A DNA stretch of 63,017 bases, filler included, from Chiloscyllium plagiosum (Eukaryota), in assembly GCF_004010195.1 (NCBI RefSeq). It is 3 parts of 3 records of this genome, joined end to end, with 100 filler letters (N's around TTAATTAATTAA, not from the genome) between each part and the next. Parts side by side here need not be neighbours in the genome. Positions count along the whole stretch, not along the records: positions 45,392 to 63,017 come from NC_057714.1; 2 more parts are not named here. The stretch is one strand, 5' to 3'. A program made the translations under genes and the position numbers. This document shows, piece after piece, positions 50,587-63,017 of this stretch (position 1 is its first letter; every line of letters begins with the position of its first letter). The notes below the pieces were generated by a model, which searched no databases, was not told the DNA's origin, and saw only the letters and a program-made list of their open reading frames with translations.

Positions 50587-50671
50587 ATGATCCGACCTCT
50601 CTCGACAGAGTAGGAATCGACATAATCATTTTCTGTTGCTATGGCAACAGCTAATGTTAGACCACGATTAC
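50587..50671 (-). CDS. Candidate internal coding exon of an unidentified gene
   Basis: Branch-like CTAAT, acceptor ctttgcatcatacag|, donor |gtatgc; only phase 1 is open (GNRGLTLAVAIATENDYVDSYSVERGRI); locally CpG-rich. Confidence 0.4.
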
Positions 50672-53600
50672 CTGTATGATGCAAAGGGCTGCATTAGTGT
50701 TTGAATGATAAATATGTACATAAACAAAAAATATTGCATGTGTCTGATTTTGAGTTGTCATGGTTAAAAGAAATTGGAAGAATTTCAGCATAATAGGTTT
50801 CTCTAATCAGACCAGTACTAGATCATGGGAGACTTGCAAAATTAAAGTATAAAATGCTTTCTTTGCGAATATTCTTTCAAAAAAGTGTCAGCTGTTGCGA
50901 AATAAAATAAATGAGAAGAAATCATTCTGATACAAAACCAAAATTGTTGATGAGAGTTCCAGATTTGTTAACATCTTTGTTGATGTTGATTTTTGAGTCA
51001 TTCAATACTTTTTTTGTCAGTTGCTTTTTTTTGAATACTGATATATTACAATGGGAAAGTATAACAATATGACCTTTAGGTATGATGCCATGCATGTGCA
51101 TTTTTAAGGTTGTACAAAATATTAAAATTACTTAAGAAAAATGCTATTTTTTTCTTTACTATGGGCCTTTGGATTGATTGGCCTATTTGTGTTGTAATTA
51201 TGATGTAATTCTGAAATTCAAAACATTGTTATTTATTATATCTTCATTTATAAGTTTCTTCAGTGGAGTGTGTCCTTTCTGGTAATGTCAGTAACAGTAA
51301 ATTCCCGTATCTTCTCATCATAATGGAACATGTCTTGCTAATAGGTAGGTAGAAGTGTCATTCTGCTCCTTGAACCTGCCCTGTTGTAAATAATTGCTGA
51401 TCATCTGACTCAACTCCATTTTCCCCCACAATCCCATATCCCTTGATGTCATTAGTGTCAAACATTCTATCGATTTCTGGCTTGAACATCGACAATGACT
51501 GAGTTTCTGTAACCCTGTTTTATCTTTTGGTACAATGGGAAAATAAAGGCAGGAAAGCTGACCATGATGGTATGTGCAAGGACAGCAAAGAAATCCTTTA
51601 GATTAAGCTAAATCCTTTAGATTAAACCATAAAAAACACCACACTAAAGTTTGCTTGAAATGTACATTGCCCACATACAGGCCCTTTAAGCTAATATTTA
51701 CAAGATCAGGATTTTAAAAAAAGTCCAATGCTTTTTGAGAGACTCAGAATTATTGTCAATTAGTAGTTGTATTTGCCTGTAATTGTTCTTTCCTCTTTAC
51801 TGCATGCATTTAAAAGATTAATCTCTCTTCACCTCTCCTACATCATTATATAGTATTGTGCAGCAGAGAACAGGCAACCTGGTTCCTGGTTTCTCTTTGG
51901 TAATTCAGATAATTACCCATGATCCACAAAAGACCATAGGCTTCTGTTTCTATTACAGAAAGACAATTGTTTATATAGATTGAGGGGCACCACTCTACAT
52001 CAAGCTTGGGGCAAAATAAGGTGGCAGGCTTCCGTGAATTACCACAACCATTTATTGTGAATAGCTATAAATAGTGACTGAAAGAGGTAGTTGTCTAATT
52101 CATATATTTTTTAAACTCCTTTCTAAAATGATGTTGACAGCTCAGTTGAGGTGAAATATATCCATGTAGAGAATTATAGTGATGCACCTATATCCTGATG
52201 TTGTGCCGCAGAATTTTTAATACAAATATTATATTGTGACAATTAAAAATACACTAAAAGGAATCTGATTTTGCGCTGGACATGGTAAATAAGATGAATG
52301 TACCTAAATAAATGAACTATTTTTGGTTTCATAATCTGAACAATAGTTAATGGTTTATAACTTTTAATATGATTTAGAAAAATATTTGTTCCTGATGTCT
52401 TTTAACTGACAATTTATGTAAGGAAGGTCTACGTTGTTTTGTTCATTGAAGCTCCAGACACATCAATCAAAGAGCCAAAGAAAAGCTCAGTGAGGTGAGG
52501 AAGATGCAACTTAGTAGTTAACATTTTTATTAGAACAGAAATCACCTTTGCTTTGGGTGTTGGATCACAACTTTTGACTTTCAGCAGTGCTTATGAAATA
52601 AGCTATTTCAACAACTAGAGAGGTACTTTTAAATCAAAACAATCTCCATTCACAAATTATTATACAGCAATTCACTTCATTATGCTTCACAATCCATTGC
52701 TAGTGAGTTGAACGGGACCATACTGCTATCGCCGATGGTTGATTGTGCACAGAATAGCCTAATGGTGACAGTACTCATCAGCATAGAGTTCAGCTGGCGG
52801 TCAGCAACGAATAATTCAAGATTGTTTTTAAGTTCGTGGCTGGCAGAATTTGCTTACCCTTAACTGGCGGGACAGCTAACTCTAGTTATTTTGATTATCA
52901 AGGAAATATATTCTCTTAGCAATTGCATTTATACTGTCTCCGAAGGTTTTGCATTGTGAAGACGCAATTGGAATTTATTGTTGATAACAAAAGAGTTCTG
53001 GGTTTTGCAATGGTACCAATCAGTGTGCTTATTTGTCTCACTGACTTTGAATTCTCGTCATATACGTGTGAATTGAATGAAATGAGAATGTACCTGTGTA
53101 TAATTGTCGAGGAAAATAGCTTTAAATTTCCTAAACATAAATCCACAGAAGTGTGTGAATTGTCTTGTTTGCAGTTTAGCATTAAAATTGCCAGCCTGGG
53201 GCCAGCAGACTTTTAAGTAAATGGAAGTATTTACAACTTCAGTAAACAAGGGGTGTGACAGGGCAGAGTTACTTCAGAAGAACTTTATAGCCTTTCGAAA
53301 TCTGGCAGGAAAGGGGGAAGTTTTATTGCTTTATAGCCCTCCTCACTTGGTCTACAGTTGTTAAGGAAAAAACTAAGAAGGATAAAGGGGAAAAGGATGC
53401 TACACAACAGCTTGTTTCAGATGTTGATGAGCTTGTCACCACTTCTTAAAACATTTTAAAAACTGAGGTGGATTGGGATAGTGTTTAGATACATGACATT
53501 GTTTTGTAGTTTGAGGAGCTATTACTTGTCAACTGAAAGACAAAGTTCAGTTTTCCCTTTGAGAACATTGAATCACTCAGTGAAAATTATTTGGGTTAAC

Positions 53601-53714
53601 CAATATTCCATACTGTCTTTAAAAATGCATTGAATAATTTTGCTATTGAAATCTATGTATAGAGGGGAATTAACTTTCTAAAAACTGGTGCATAAAGTAA
53701 TTGACAACTACAAT

Positions 53715-54023
53715 TGTGGGCGGCACAGTGGTTAGCACTGCTGCCTCACAGCACCAGAGACCAGGGTTCAATTCCCGCCTCAGGCAACTGTCTGTGTGGA
53801 GTTTGCACATTCTCCCCGTGTCTGCGTGGGTTTCCTCCTGGTGCTCCAGTTTCCTCCCACAATCCAAAAATGTACAGGTTAGGTGAATTGGCCATGCTAA
53901 ATTGGCCGTAGTGTTAGGTGAAGGGATAAATGTAGGAGAATGGGTCTGGGTGGGTTACGCTTCAGCGGGTCGATGTGGACTTGTTGGGCCGAAGGGCCTG
54001 TTTCCACACTGTAAGTAATCTAA
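53715..54023 (+). mobile_element. HE1 SINE, full length
   Basis: High similarity to the 41346-41678 copy. Confidence 0.92.
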
Positions 54024-54231
54024 ACAATCTACAAAGTTCGTTGAGGATTCTGCTGTCAAAGCTAATTTTTGAAACTGAGCTCCTACCAGTATTTGACGAG
54101 GAACTCTCTTTGGAAGCTATTGGGTTTTAATTGTATTGTTTTAAATGTAATTATAATGCAGATTAACATTTTTCACATTGAAATGTATTGTTCTTGTCAT
54201 GGAGTGCCTCAGGAATAGGAAATACACACAC

Positions 54232-54314
54232 CATCATCTTCCATCGCCGTAAAGACCCGTTTGCCACTGTTATCCGTTAGAATTGAATGCAGACACCCAA
54301 TATCAACTTTTGGT
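54232..54314 (-). CDS. Candidate internal coding exon of an unidentified gene
   Basis: Weak acceptor tcttag|, donor |gtgtgt; PKVDIGCLHSILTDNSGKRVFTAMEDD ends in phase 1, compatible with 50671; locally CpG-rich. Confidence 0.3.
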
Positions 54315-57069
54315 CTAAGATCCAAGTTTAGTTACCTCCTTTCTTAATTGCTGTTATTTTGTTTGTTATTGCAGAAAGCGAATATAACTTACAACGTCCA
54401 ATGTCAAATTCTATTTATTATTTTGTGAGATAGCTGAAGCTTAGACTACTGAATAACAATGAATTTTGATCAACATCTGAAAACTTAAAACAACGTAATG
54501 TTCTATGCCTTAACTCGTTTCAAGTGTCCCATTGCAAACTATGGTTTTGTAAAGTCTTGACTGTAATATTCTCATTCTTGTTTTCAGACTGCTCTAGGGC
54601 CTTTCTCCTTCCTGTCTCTGTCACTTCCTTTAATCCTTTTAGATATCTTCATTGTAACAGTTCTGGCCTCTTCTATGTCCTCTTTTTTAATCATTCCACT
54701 ATTGGCAGCCATTTCCTAACTGCCAAGGCCCTAAGCTCTGGAATTCCCATGTGGTTTGGTAACATTCTGATTGATAATGTTTCGGTAAAATTCATTGAGA
54801 TGCTTTGCTGCCATTAAGGGTCCTATGTAAATACAAATTGTTGCAAAGTCACCAGAGAAGCAATTTTGAAAAACTTACATAATTGTATTGGTCAATGGAA
54901 AATTTTGAAATGATCAATACATTTGATAATACTATCAATAAATTTGAGTGAAAGTATTTGAGAAAAAGTATACTTTTCATAATGGGTACAATTTTTAGTA
55001 CAAGATGAGCTTGTCTCAAGTGTGTAAAAACAGAAACTATAACCCCTCATGTTCTGCAGAAATACATCAAATTTCTTAAATTACTATCCTGTTCCTATTT
55101 CAATTTGTCACATAGTTGAAGCATGTTTTCTACACATGATGACGCAAATGAAAAAATGTAAGCCTTAGCTATAAGCCTTGAGAAAGATGAAATTAAACCA
55201 ACTGCTTTTGTTGAAGCACAAACTCCTCATTGCTATGTATGTTATAACATAAATATGATTTGTGCTTTGATTTGCAAACTTTTATTCCATGACATGTCAT
55301 AGTTTGCCTTAATTTCCTATATTGAAGTTAAACTGCTGTGGTTGATCAGGAGTTTGCTGAGAGCCTTCTATTAAGAAACAGCTGGTGGAATTTAAATTTG
55401 ATTCATAAAAATCTGAACGTGAAATTAATTTCTGTAATAGTAACCTTGAAGCCATTGTTAATTGCTCTTAAAAAAAACTTTTCACAAATGTCCTGTCAGG
55501 AAGGAAATTTACCAGCTTTACCCAGTTTGCTGGTAACTCTAGGCATGCAACAATGTGATTGGCTCTTAACTGCCATCTTAAATGGTGCAGCAAGCCACCC
55601 ATTCAAGGGAGATTAAAAATGGCCAACAAATGGCATTGGCATCCATATCCAAGGAGGAAATGGATTGATAAATGGTGGGTGTTTCATTGGGTATGAAATC
55701 CATATTTCTGCAGAGGCATGGGACAATATTCTTGTGATGTTCACAATGTGTAGGTACTTTGAACTGGCTTCCAGGATATTCAAAATTTCTGTGTGTCGGC
55801 TCAGACATTTATTATCATTCACAGTGCTTTTTTGTGCATCTCTTCTAGGCAGCAGTAATTATGTTGGAAGGTTCATAATACCATGCCACACCATGCCAAG
55901 ATGCCTGGGGCTACCTTCTCCAGTGCTTGCAATCTGATTTGTGGCACAGTCCAATGCAGCTGGTTTTGGCAGTCTTAGTAGAAAAGCTCTTTTGAAATAT
56001 CTGTTCCATACAAAATTTTAAACTGTTCTTATTGTGACTCCAATAAAACAAACTTTAAAAAAAAAAATCTGGTTCAGCCAAGAGGTTTGAGTTCAGAAAT
56101 ATTGTATAGTGATCTTTGTTGAACTTCATTGCAACATGCCTTGTCTTTGTGATGTGTCACCATATTGTGCCTTCTATTTCTATGGAAAAGCTTCACAATT
56201 GGATGGATTTTGAATTTATTGAAGGAAGTGTAACATTTCTTATTGGACATGATGCTTCTTTAGTTCTATACCAACCACTGATCTTTTTGTGAAAGTAGAA
56301 GCTATCACTGTTTACTTGATTTTGTTGTTATGTCTTTTTCATGTACCCATTAATTGCAGGGATGCTGAAAGGATGTATTTGTTTAAATATTCAGGAAACA
56401 GTACTAAACAGTACTAAAATGTCAAGATATTTTGAGTTGCTTGTTTATACAGCTAAATGTACAGTTTTCATAAGCAAGCAACTCTTTAAAAGATCTTGAT
56501 GTTTTCTTGAATTCTTGAGTTGATTTGAGGGCTTGGTGATTTTGATAAGTAAGTCAGTCCATCTGTTAGTTTTCAACATACCTTATTAAAAAAACAAATT
56601 TCTCATGTTCAGTTACATCGTTTTCATTATTTGTTCATAGGATATGCTGCGAAGGCCATTATTCTTTGCCCATCCCTATCTACTCTTATCCACTTTCTTG
56701 AACTGCTGAAGTCCACGTGATGTTAGTTGTCCCACAATGCTGTTGCAAAGTGAGTTCCTGGTTTTAAAGGCAGCAACAGTGAAGGAATGGAAACTTAGTT
56801 CCAACTCTGGTGTATGACTTAGAAATGATGTGACATTCACATGTCTGTATGCCTTTGCTCTTCTAGATGTCAGAGGTTGTAGGTTTGGAAGGTGCTATTA
56901 AGGTGGGTTTGGTGAGTTGGTACAGTGCATCTTCCACTACTACCCCTGTGGGTCAGTGGTGAAGGTAGTGAATGTTGTAGGTGATGGATGAGGGGCTGAT
57001 CAGGTGGGTTGCTTTGTTTTGGAAGGTATGGAGCATCATGTGTTGTTGAAATGGCATTCATCCAAACAC

Positions 57070-58895
57070 AGTATTAAAGGAATTGAAATGGTGCTAAAAA
57101 CCACATGATGACCCACTCAAATATAAGGAATCCAAGTATGACCTTCGTAAAGCTATTAAGATAGCCAAGCACTAATACCAATCCAAACTAGAGACCCATA
57201 CAGACACGTGGCAACTATGACAAGGATTGAATGACATAACAGGTTCTAAAAAGAGTGCAAGATTGCAGATGATGACCTATCCCTCCCAGATCATTTCTAC
57301 GCCTTCTATGTTCGCTTTGAGTGGAATTTCGGCGAGAGGTAACACACATTCCGCCAAGTCCTGTCAAACCTATCCCAACAGTCACTGCATCAGAGGTTAG
57401 ATCAGTTTTCCTTCGTGTGAATCCAAGGAAAGCGCTGGGACCAAACGGAGTACCAGACTCTGCACTCAGAGCATACGGAGATCAATTGGCAGAGGTCTTC
57501 TCAGACATGTTAAACTTCTCCCTGCAGCAGGTCACGGTCTCTGCCTGTTTCAAGAGGGCCAACATCATCCCTGTGCCTAAGAAGGCTCGTGCAGCATGTC
57601 TCAATGGCAACCATCTAGTGGCCCTAACTTTGGTGGTCATGAAGTGCTTTGAAAGACTGGTCATAGCATTAATCAAGTCCAGACTCCCCACTGCTCTCGA
57701 CCCACTCCAATTTGCCTATCTGACTAACAGATCCACGTGAGATGCCATCACTTGGCCTTCACTCCTCCCTAGAACATCTTGACACCAAGAACAGCTACGT
57801 AAGAATCCTACTCATTGACTACAGTTCAGCTTTCAACACTATTATCCCCTCAAGACTGATTACTAAACTTAATGATCTCGGACTAAGCCCCACTCTCTGC
57901 AATTGGATCCTTGGTTTCCTGACCCACAGGCTGCAATCAGTGAAGATTGGGGACAATATTTCATCGTCACTAACACTCAACACTGGAGCCCCCCCCAGGG
58001 GTGCGGACTCAGCCCCCTACTGTATTCACTGTATACTCATGACTGCATTGCCAAGTGCCAGACTAATGCCATTTACAAGTTCGCTGATGACACCACCATA
58101 GTCGGTCGAATCTCAGATGGCAATGAAACCGACTACAGACGGCAGGTGGAAGACCTGGAAAAATTGTGCACAGAGAACAACCTAGCTCCCAATGCCAGCA
58201 AAACCAAGGAACTCATTATTGACTTTTGGTGGAATGTTACTCATGTCCCCTTGCACATTAAAAGCACAGAGGGGAACGAGTAGAGTGTGTCAAGCTCCTG
58301 TGAGTGGTCATCCACAACAAGCTTTCTTGGACTCTTAGTTTGAATATCCTGGTTACAAAGGCCCAACAATGTCTCCTCTTCCTCAGGCAACTGAGGAAAT
58401 TTGGCATGATGGTGAATACCCTTGCCAATTTTTATAGGTATGCCATTGAGAGCATTCTGTCTGGATGTACCACTACCTGGTATGGCACGATCAGAGACGG
58501 TTACAGAGTGGTGAACTCAGCCCAGACAATCGCAAAGGCCAACCTCCCATCGATAGAATCCATCTGCCAGGCCTGTTGTCAAGGAAAGGCCGCCAGCATT
58601 CTCAAAGATCCATCCCACCCTTGCAATGTTTTTCTATAACCCCTACCATCAGCGAGAAGGTACAGAAGTCTGAACACGCACCAGCCGGTTTCGGAACAGT
58701 TTCTACCCTACTGTTGTTAAAATAGTGAATGAACTCTCGAACTTTTAACATTTGCCTGTACCTGTGTTTTGTTTTTGCTGCTGTTTACCTATTATTACCT
58801 ACTTAGCAATGTGATCAGCCTGTATTGCTCGCAAGACAAAGCTTTTCACTGTGCCTCGGTACACGTGACAATAAATTTCAATTCAATTCAATTCA
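57070..58895 (+). mobile_element. Rex1/Babar-clade LINE, 5'-truncated RT region to (ATTCA)n tail
   Basis: [101 protein letters not shown]. Confidence 0.92.
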
Positions 58896-59879
58896 GCGTT
58901 CAGGAGACTTACCTATTTCTGAGATTATGGTGGAAAGGTTAGTGATAGAACAGCTGAAGATTGTTGGGCTGAGGGCACTATCCTGGACAACTCCTGAAGT
59001 GATTTCTTGGATTTGCTAGACTCCAGTGACCTCAACTGTCTTCCTTTGTTTCGGGTCCTGAACAATTCTTTGCTGTTCTGATGTGCATCCAGTAGAAGAT
59101 TGGGGTTTTGTGTATTACTTTGTGTATTACTCATACATAGTTCTAAGAACTATACGGAAGTCCTTGATCTCTCGTAAGGTTATGGTCCTGTCTTAGGTAT
59201 TCCCTTGAGAACTGTGATGTTAATTACTACTTTAATGAGTTTTACCATCTTTGGTTTAGGAGTATTCAGTTCTATATCTAGCTGAATTATACATAACTCA
59301 GATCTGTAGAATTTTCTTGTAATCTGAATTTGATGTGTGTTTCACATGTACTTTTTAAATCTAATGCACAATCGGGAAATACTGGAATAAAAGCAGCTTT
59401 ATGTTGCATGAAGGAATAGTACGGAGCACTGTTTAAGGTTAGACTCACTTAAGCTCAATTAGTACAACTTGGCATTGCCTCACTTTCCTGGGTTGGCTAG
59501 TCATCTTGTTTGATATAAATAAGTGCTGTTTATTTTTTTTGCTTGGGTATGCCCATTACGAGCAAGGCCAACATTTGTTGCCCAACCTGAGTTGCCCTTG
59601 ATCCAAGTGGCAATCAAGAGTCAACCACATTACTGTGACTGTCGAGTTATATGTAGGCCAAGCCAGGTTATTCTTACTAGCAGCGGGAGTGGGCAATATA
59701 GCCCACTGTTTTGCCATTTAATATGCTCATGGCTGACAGCATCCTCAAGTCTACTTTCCTGCAAAGTCTTCCCATAACCCTTAAACCAATTATACTCAAA
59801 AATCTGACTTCCAAAGATCCAGGTCCCTTTTTAGAGAAGCAATTCCTCATCAATGCTTTAAATTTGCCACACCTGAGCC

Positions 59880-62420
59880 TAAAACTGATCTCCCATTCTA
59901 GATTGTCCCATAAGAGAGAACATCCAGTCTAGGTCTACTTTACCAAGCCCTTTTGCCATCTTTTGTACCTCAGTTAGATCTCCCCTCGTCCTTCTAAACT
60001 CTAATCAATGAATTCCTAAACTGTTCAATCTCTCCCCATAAAATGGACCCTTCATCTCTGAAATTACTCTAGTGAACCTTCTCTGCAGCATTCATCAAGT
60101 AAAGGAGTAAAAAACATGTGCAATTGCGCCAGCACTTCCCTATTTTTATGCTCCATTCCTTTAACATTAAATGCAAAAATCTAATTTGCTCTAATTATTA
60201 GCTACTGTACCTGCATGCTAGTTTTCTGCAACTCCTGTATAGTGACACCCAGATCCCTCTGCACTGAAACATTTTGAAATGTGTTTCCAATCTTCCGACC
60301 AAAATGGATAACCTCTCACTTATTCATGTTAAACTCCACGTGGTAAATTGTGGCCTATTCACCTAGCCTATCCATATCTATTTGTGAAGATTTTATTTCT
60401 TCATTGCAATTTACTTACTTATCTATTCTTGTGTCATCTGAAAATTTTGGCTATAGTACATTCTATCCCTGCATCCAAGTTGTTAGTAGAGATTGTAAAT
60501 AGCTGGGATCAAAGCCTGTGGTACTGCACTAGTTACAGATGTCAACCGGAAAAAGACTTATTTATCCCGACTCTTTGCTTTCTGTTCGTTAGCCAATCCT
60601 CTATCTAAACTAATAGATTACTTCTGACTCTGAATGATCTTGCTTTGTGTATTAACCTTTTGTGTGGCACTTTATCAAATACCCTCTGAAATCCAGAAAT
60701 ACTACTTCTACTGGATCCCCATTAACGACTTTGCTTGGTACATCTTCAAAGAACTCTAGTGAATTATTCAAACGTAGTTTTTCCTTCATACTGTGCTGAC
60801 TCTGATGGATTGTGTTTTGATTTTCCTAGTGTCCTGTTGCTATTTCCTTAATAATGGATTCTAACAATTTCTCAACAGATGTGAACCTAACTGGTCCATA
60901 ACTTGCTACATGTTTTTTGAATAAGACCATTGCACAAGCATTTTCCCAATCCACCGGAACCATTCCAGAATCCAGGAAATTTTGGAATACTATAACATAG
61001 TGAACCCACCATCTCTGCTCCCACTTTCCTTAAGGTTCCTAGAATATAAGCCAGCAGGCTCTGGAGACTTCTCTGCCTTGAGTAGTTTGCACAGTACTTA
61101 TTCTGTAGTGATGGTGATTGTTTTAAGCTTATTCTTTTCTATAATGTCTGCACTGCCTGCTAAAATTGGAATGGTTTCACTGTCCTCCACCTCAAGGCAA
61201 AATATTGCTTTTAATATTTGTCATTTGTGTTCCCCTCTATTAATTCTTCAATCTTGTCCTCTTAGAGACCAACTATTTTCTTCCTTCCTGTAGGCTTATA
61301 GAAGTTTTTGCAATCCATTTTTCTATCTTGTGCTATTATTCTTTAATTAATCTTTGTTATTTTTATTACATTTTTAGTTACCTTTCATCTTTAAGTTTCC
61401 CAATCCTCCAGCCTGCTGCTGATTTTTGCAAAATGTTATGCCTGAGTTTTTGCCCTTATGTTATTTTAAATTTTCGTGCTTAGCCATGGATGTTTTTTCA
61501 TCTCCTATTGCAATCTTTCTCCCTCTCTGGAATATATCTTATTTGGGAGGAATTAAATATCTCATTAAATGTCTCCCACTGTTCATCAACTGTCCGAGTC
61601 ATAGAAGTCTTTAGCTATCTTTTAGTCTTTCCAATAGGTCTGCCAAAGCCAAATCTGTTCTCATACCTATCTAATTACCTTGGTTTGATACGAGAACACG
61701 AGTATGGGACTCAAGTTTCTCATTCTCAAACTGAATTTGAAATTTCAGTATGCTATCTTAACTTTTCTGTAGAGCATCCTTTACCATAAAGTCACTAATT
61801 AATCCCATTTCATTACACGGCACTCAAACCAAAACAGCCAGCTGTGTTTCTTGGAGCAATATTTTGGGGAACCAACCATTCTCGAATGCACTCTATGAAA
61901 TGTTCTCTCAAGGCTGCCCTTGCCAATTTGATTAATCCAGTCTATACTGCAACTTTAAAATCACCCTTTTATTTTTACCTTTCTGTTAAGCCCCCAGTAT
62001 TTCCTAGTTGGAACTGTTATGGAGCCAATAGATTACTTTCATCAGGAATTCTTTCCCTTTCTATTTCATGTTTCTACCCAGATTGATTCTACATCTTGAT
62101 CTCCTGTTCTGATATCACTTCTCAGTATAACACTGAACCCTCCTTCACTGATAAAGCTATGCCATCTCCTTGTGCTTTCTGTCCTTCCTAAATACTGAGT
62201 GCCCCTGAATAATCCAACTCCCAGTCCTGGTCTCTTTGTAACCGCATCTCAGTAATTACCACCAAGTCATACCCATCTGTCTTTACTTGTCATGTTAAGT
62301 CTTTAATTTCATACAGAATGCTGTATGCATTCAGATACAGAGCTTATAAGCTTACCATATTATCAATTCTCCGTATTCTTGTATGGTTACTTGGTGCGAT
62401 ATGCCATTGACGTGCTCTTT
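59880..62420 (-). mobile_element. Old, heavily decayed CR1 LINE remnants
   Basis: Reverse-strand remnants of RT motifs (e.g. gtgtcatctgaaaattt, tttatcaaataccctctgaaatccag) without long ORFs. Confidence 0.65.
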
Positions 62421-62790
62421 GCCTTTCATTCTCTGATAACAATTAGCCTCTTTGCCGGCCTGCACTCCAACATTTTCTTAACAGTTTGTTAAAAAAATTG
62501 TCAACTAACTGTTAAAGCACCCCTCCCCCCACTCAACGCCATTTAGTTTGAAGTCCTATCTAAATGGGGAGGTGGGTGGGGGGGGGGGGGGGGAGAAAGG
62601 GGAAGGGAGTTTGGTTTCATGGAAAATTAAAATATCAAACTAAGGAGAAGGACAGCATACTTCCAGAAATGAACGCTAGTGAACTAAGTGGTCATTGTCA
62701 CCTTTATTGGGATTTATTGGAACTCGCCTGTCAGACCTGAACAGCATGGCCCCAGGCTGTAAAGAAAGTCAGCATTTCTAATAGGTAGCA

Positions 62791-63017
62791 GAGGAGAAAG
62801 TGAGGGCTGCAGATGCTGGAGATCAGAGCTGAAAATGTGTTGCTGGAAAAGCGCAGCAGGTCAGGTCGCAACCAAGGAACAGGAGAATCGATGTTTCGGG
62901 CATAAGCCCTTCTTCAGGAATGAGGAAAGTGTGTCCAGCAGGCTAAGATAAAAGGTAGCTGAAAATGTGTTGCTGGAAAAGCGCAGCAGGTCAGGCAGCA
63001 TCCAAGGAACAGGAGAA
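62791..63017 (-). mobile_element. Penelope-like element end with partial tandem terminal repeats, running off the window
   Basis: gctgaaaatgtgttgctggaaaagcgcagcaggtcagg occurs at 62828 and 62958; reverse hammerhead-like core tttcgggcataagcccttcttcag. Confidence 0.8.

Noticed and set aside
52452-52494. 43-nt plus-strand mini-exon (aag|...|gtgagg)
   Set aside because: No partner exons, weak acceptor, and opposite strand to the better candidates.

Overview
Eukaryotic DNA from a cartilaginous fish, probably a carpet shark (inferred from nurse-shark-like Ig sequences and HE1-type SINEs). Two synthetic 100-nt spacers (N44-TTAATTAATTAA-N44) split the window into three independently assembled pieces. 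Piece 1 (1-18394) holds the J-C intron and the complete, apparently intact constant region of an IgM heavy-chain cluster (CH1-CH4, secretory tail, TM1, TM2; + strand); V/D/J lie outside the window. Piece 2 (18495-45291) holds an unrearranged kappa (type III/NS4-like) light-chain L-V-J-C cluster on the - strand. It is a pseudogene (stop in the leader, 2-nt deletion at the V Cys, mutated J-RSS heptamer) but keeps an intact C exon. Piece 3 (45392-63017) is AT-rich intron-like DNA with two candidate exons of an unidentified gene. The rest is dense in CR1 LINEs, HE1 SINEs, Penelope-like elements with hammerhead-ribozyme cores, one Rex1 and one L1/Tx1 fragment. The best leads are a G-rich, AID-hotspot-rich 32-bp repeat array in the J-Cmu intron (switch-region-like), inward-facing CTCF motifs 3' of both Ig clusters, and an Asp in the IgM transmembrane motif. 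The apparent IgH-IgL linkage crosses an assembly spacer and is not supported by contiguous sequence.
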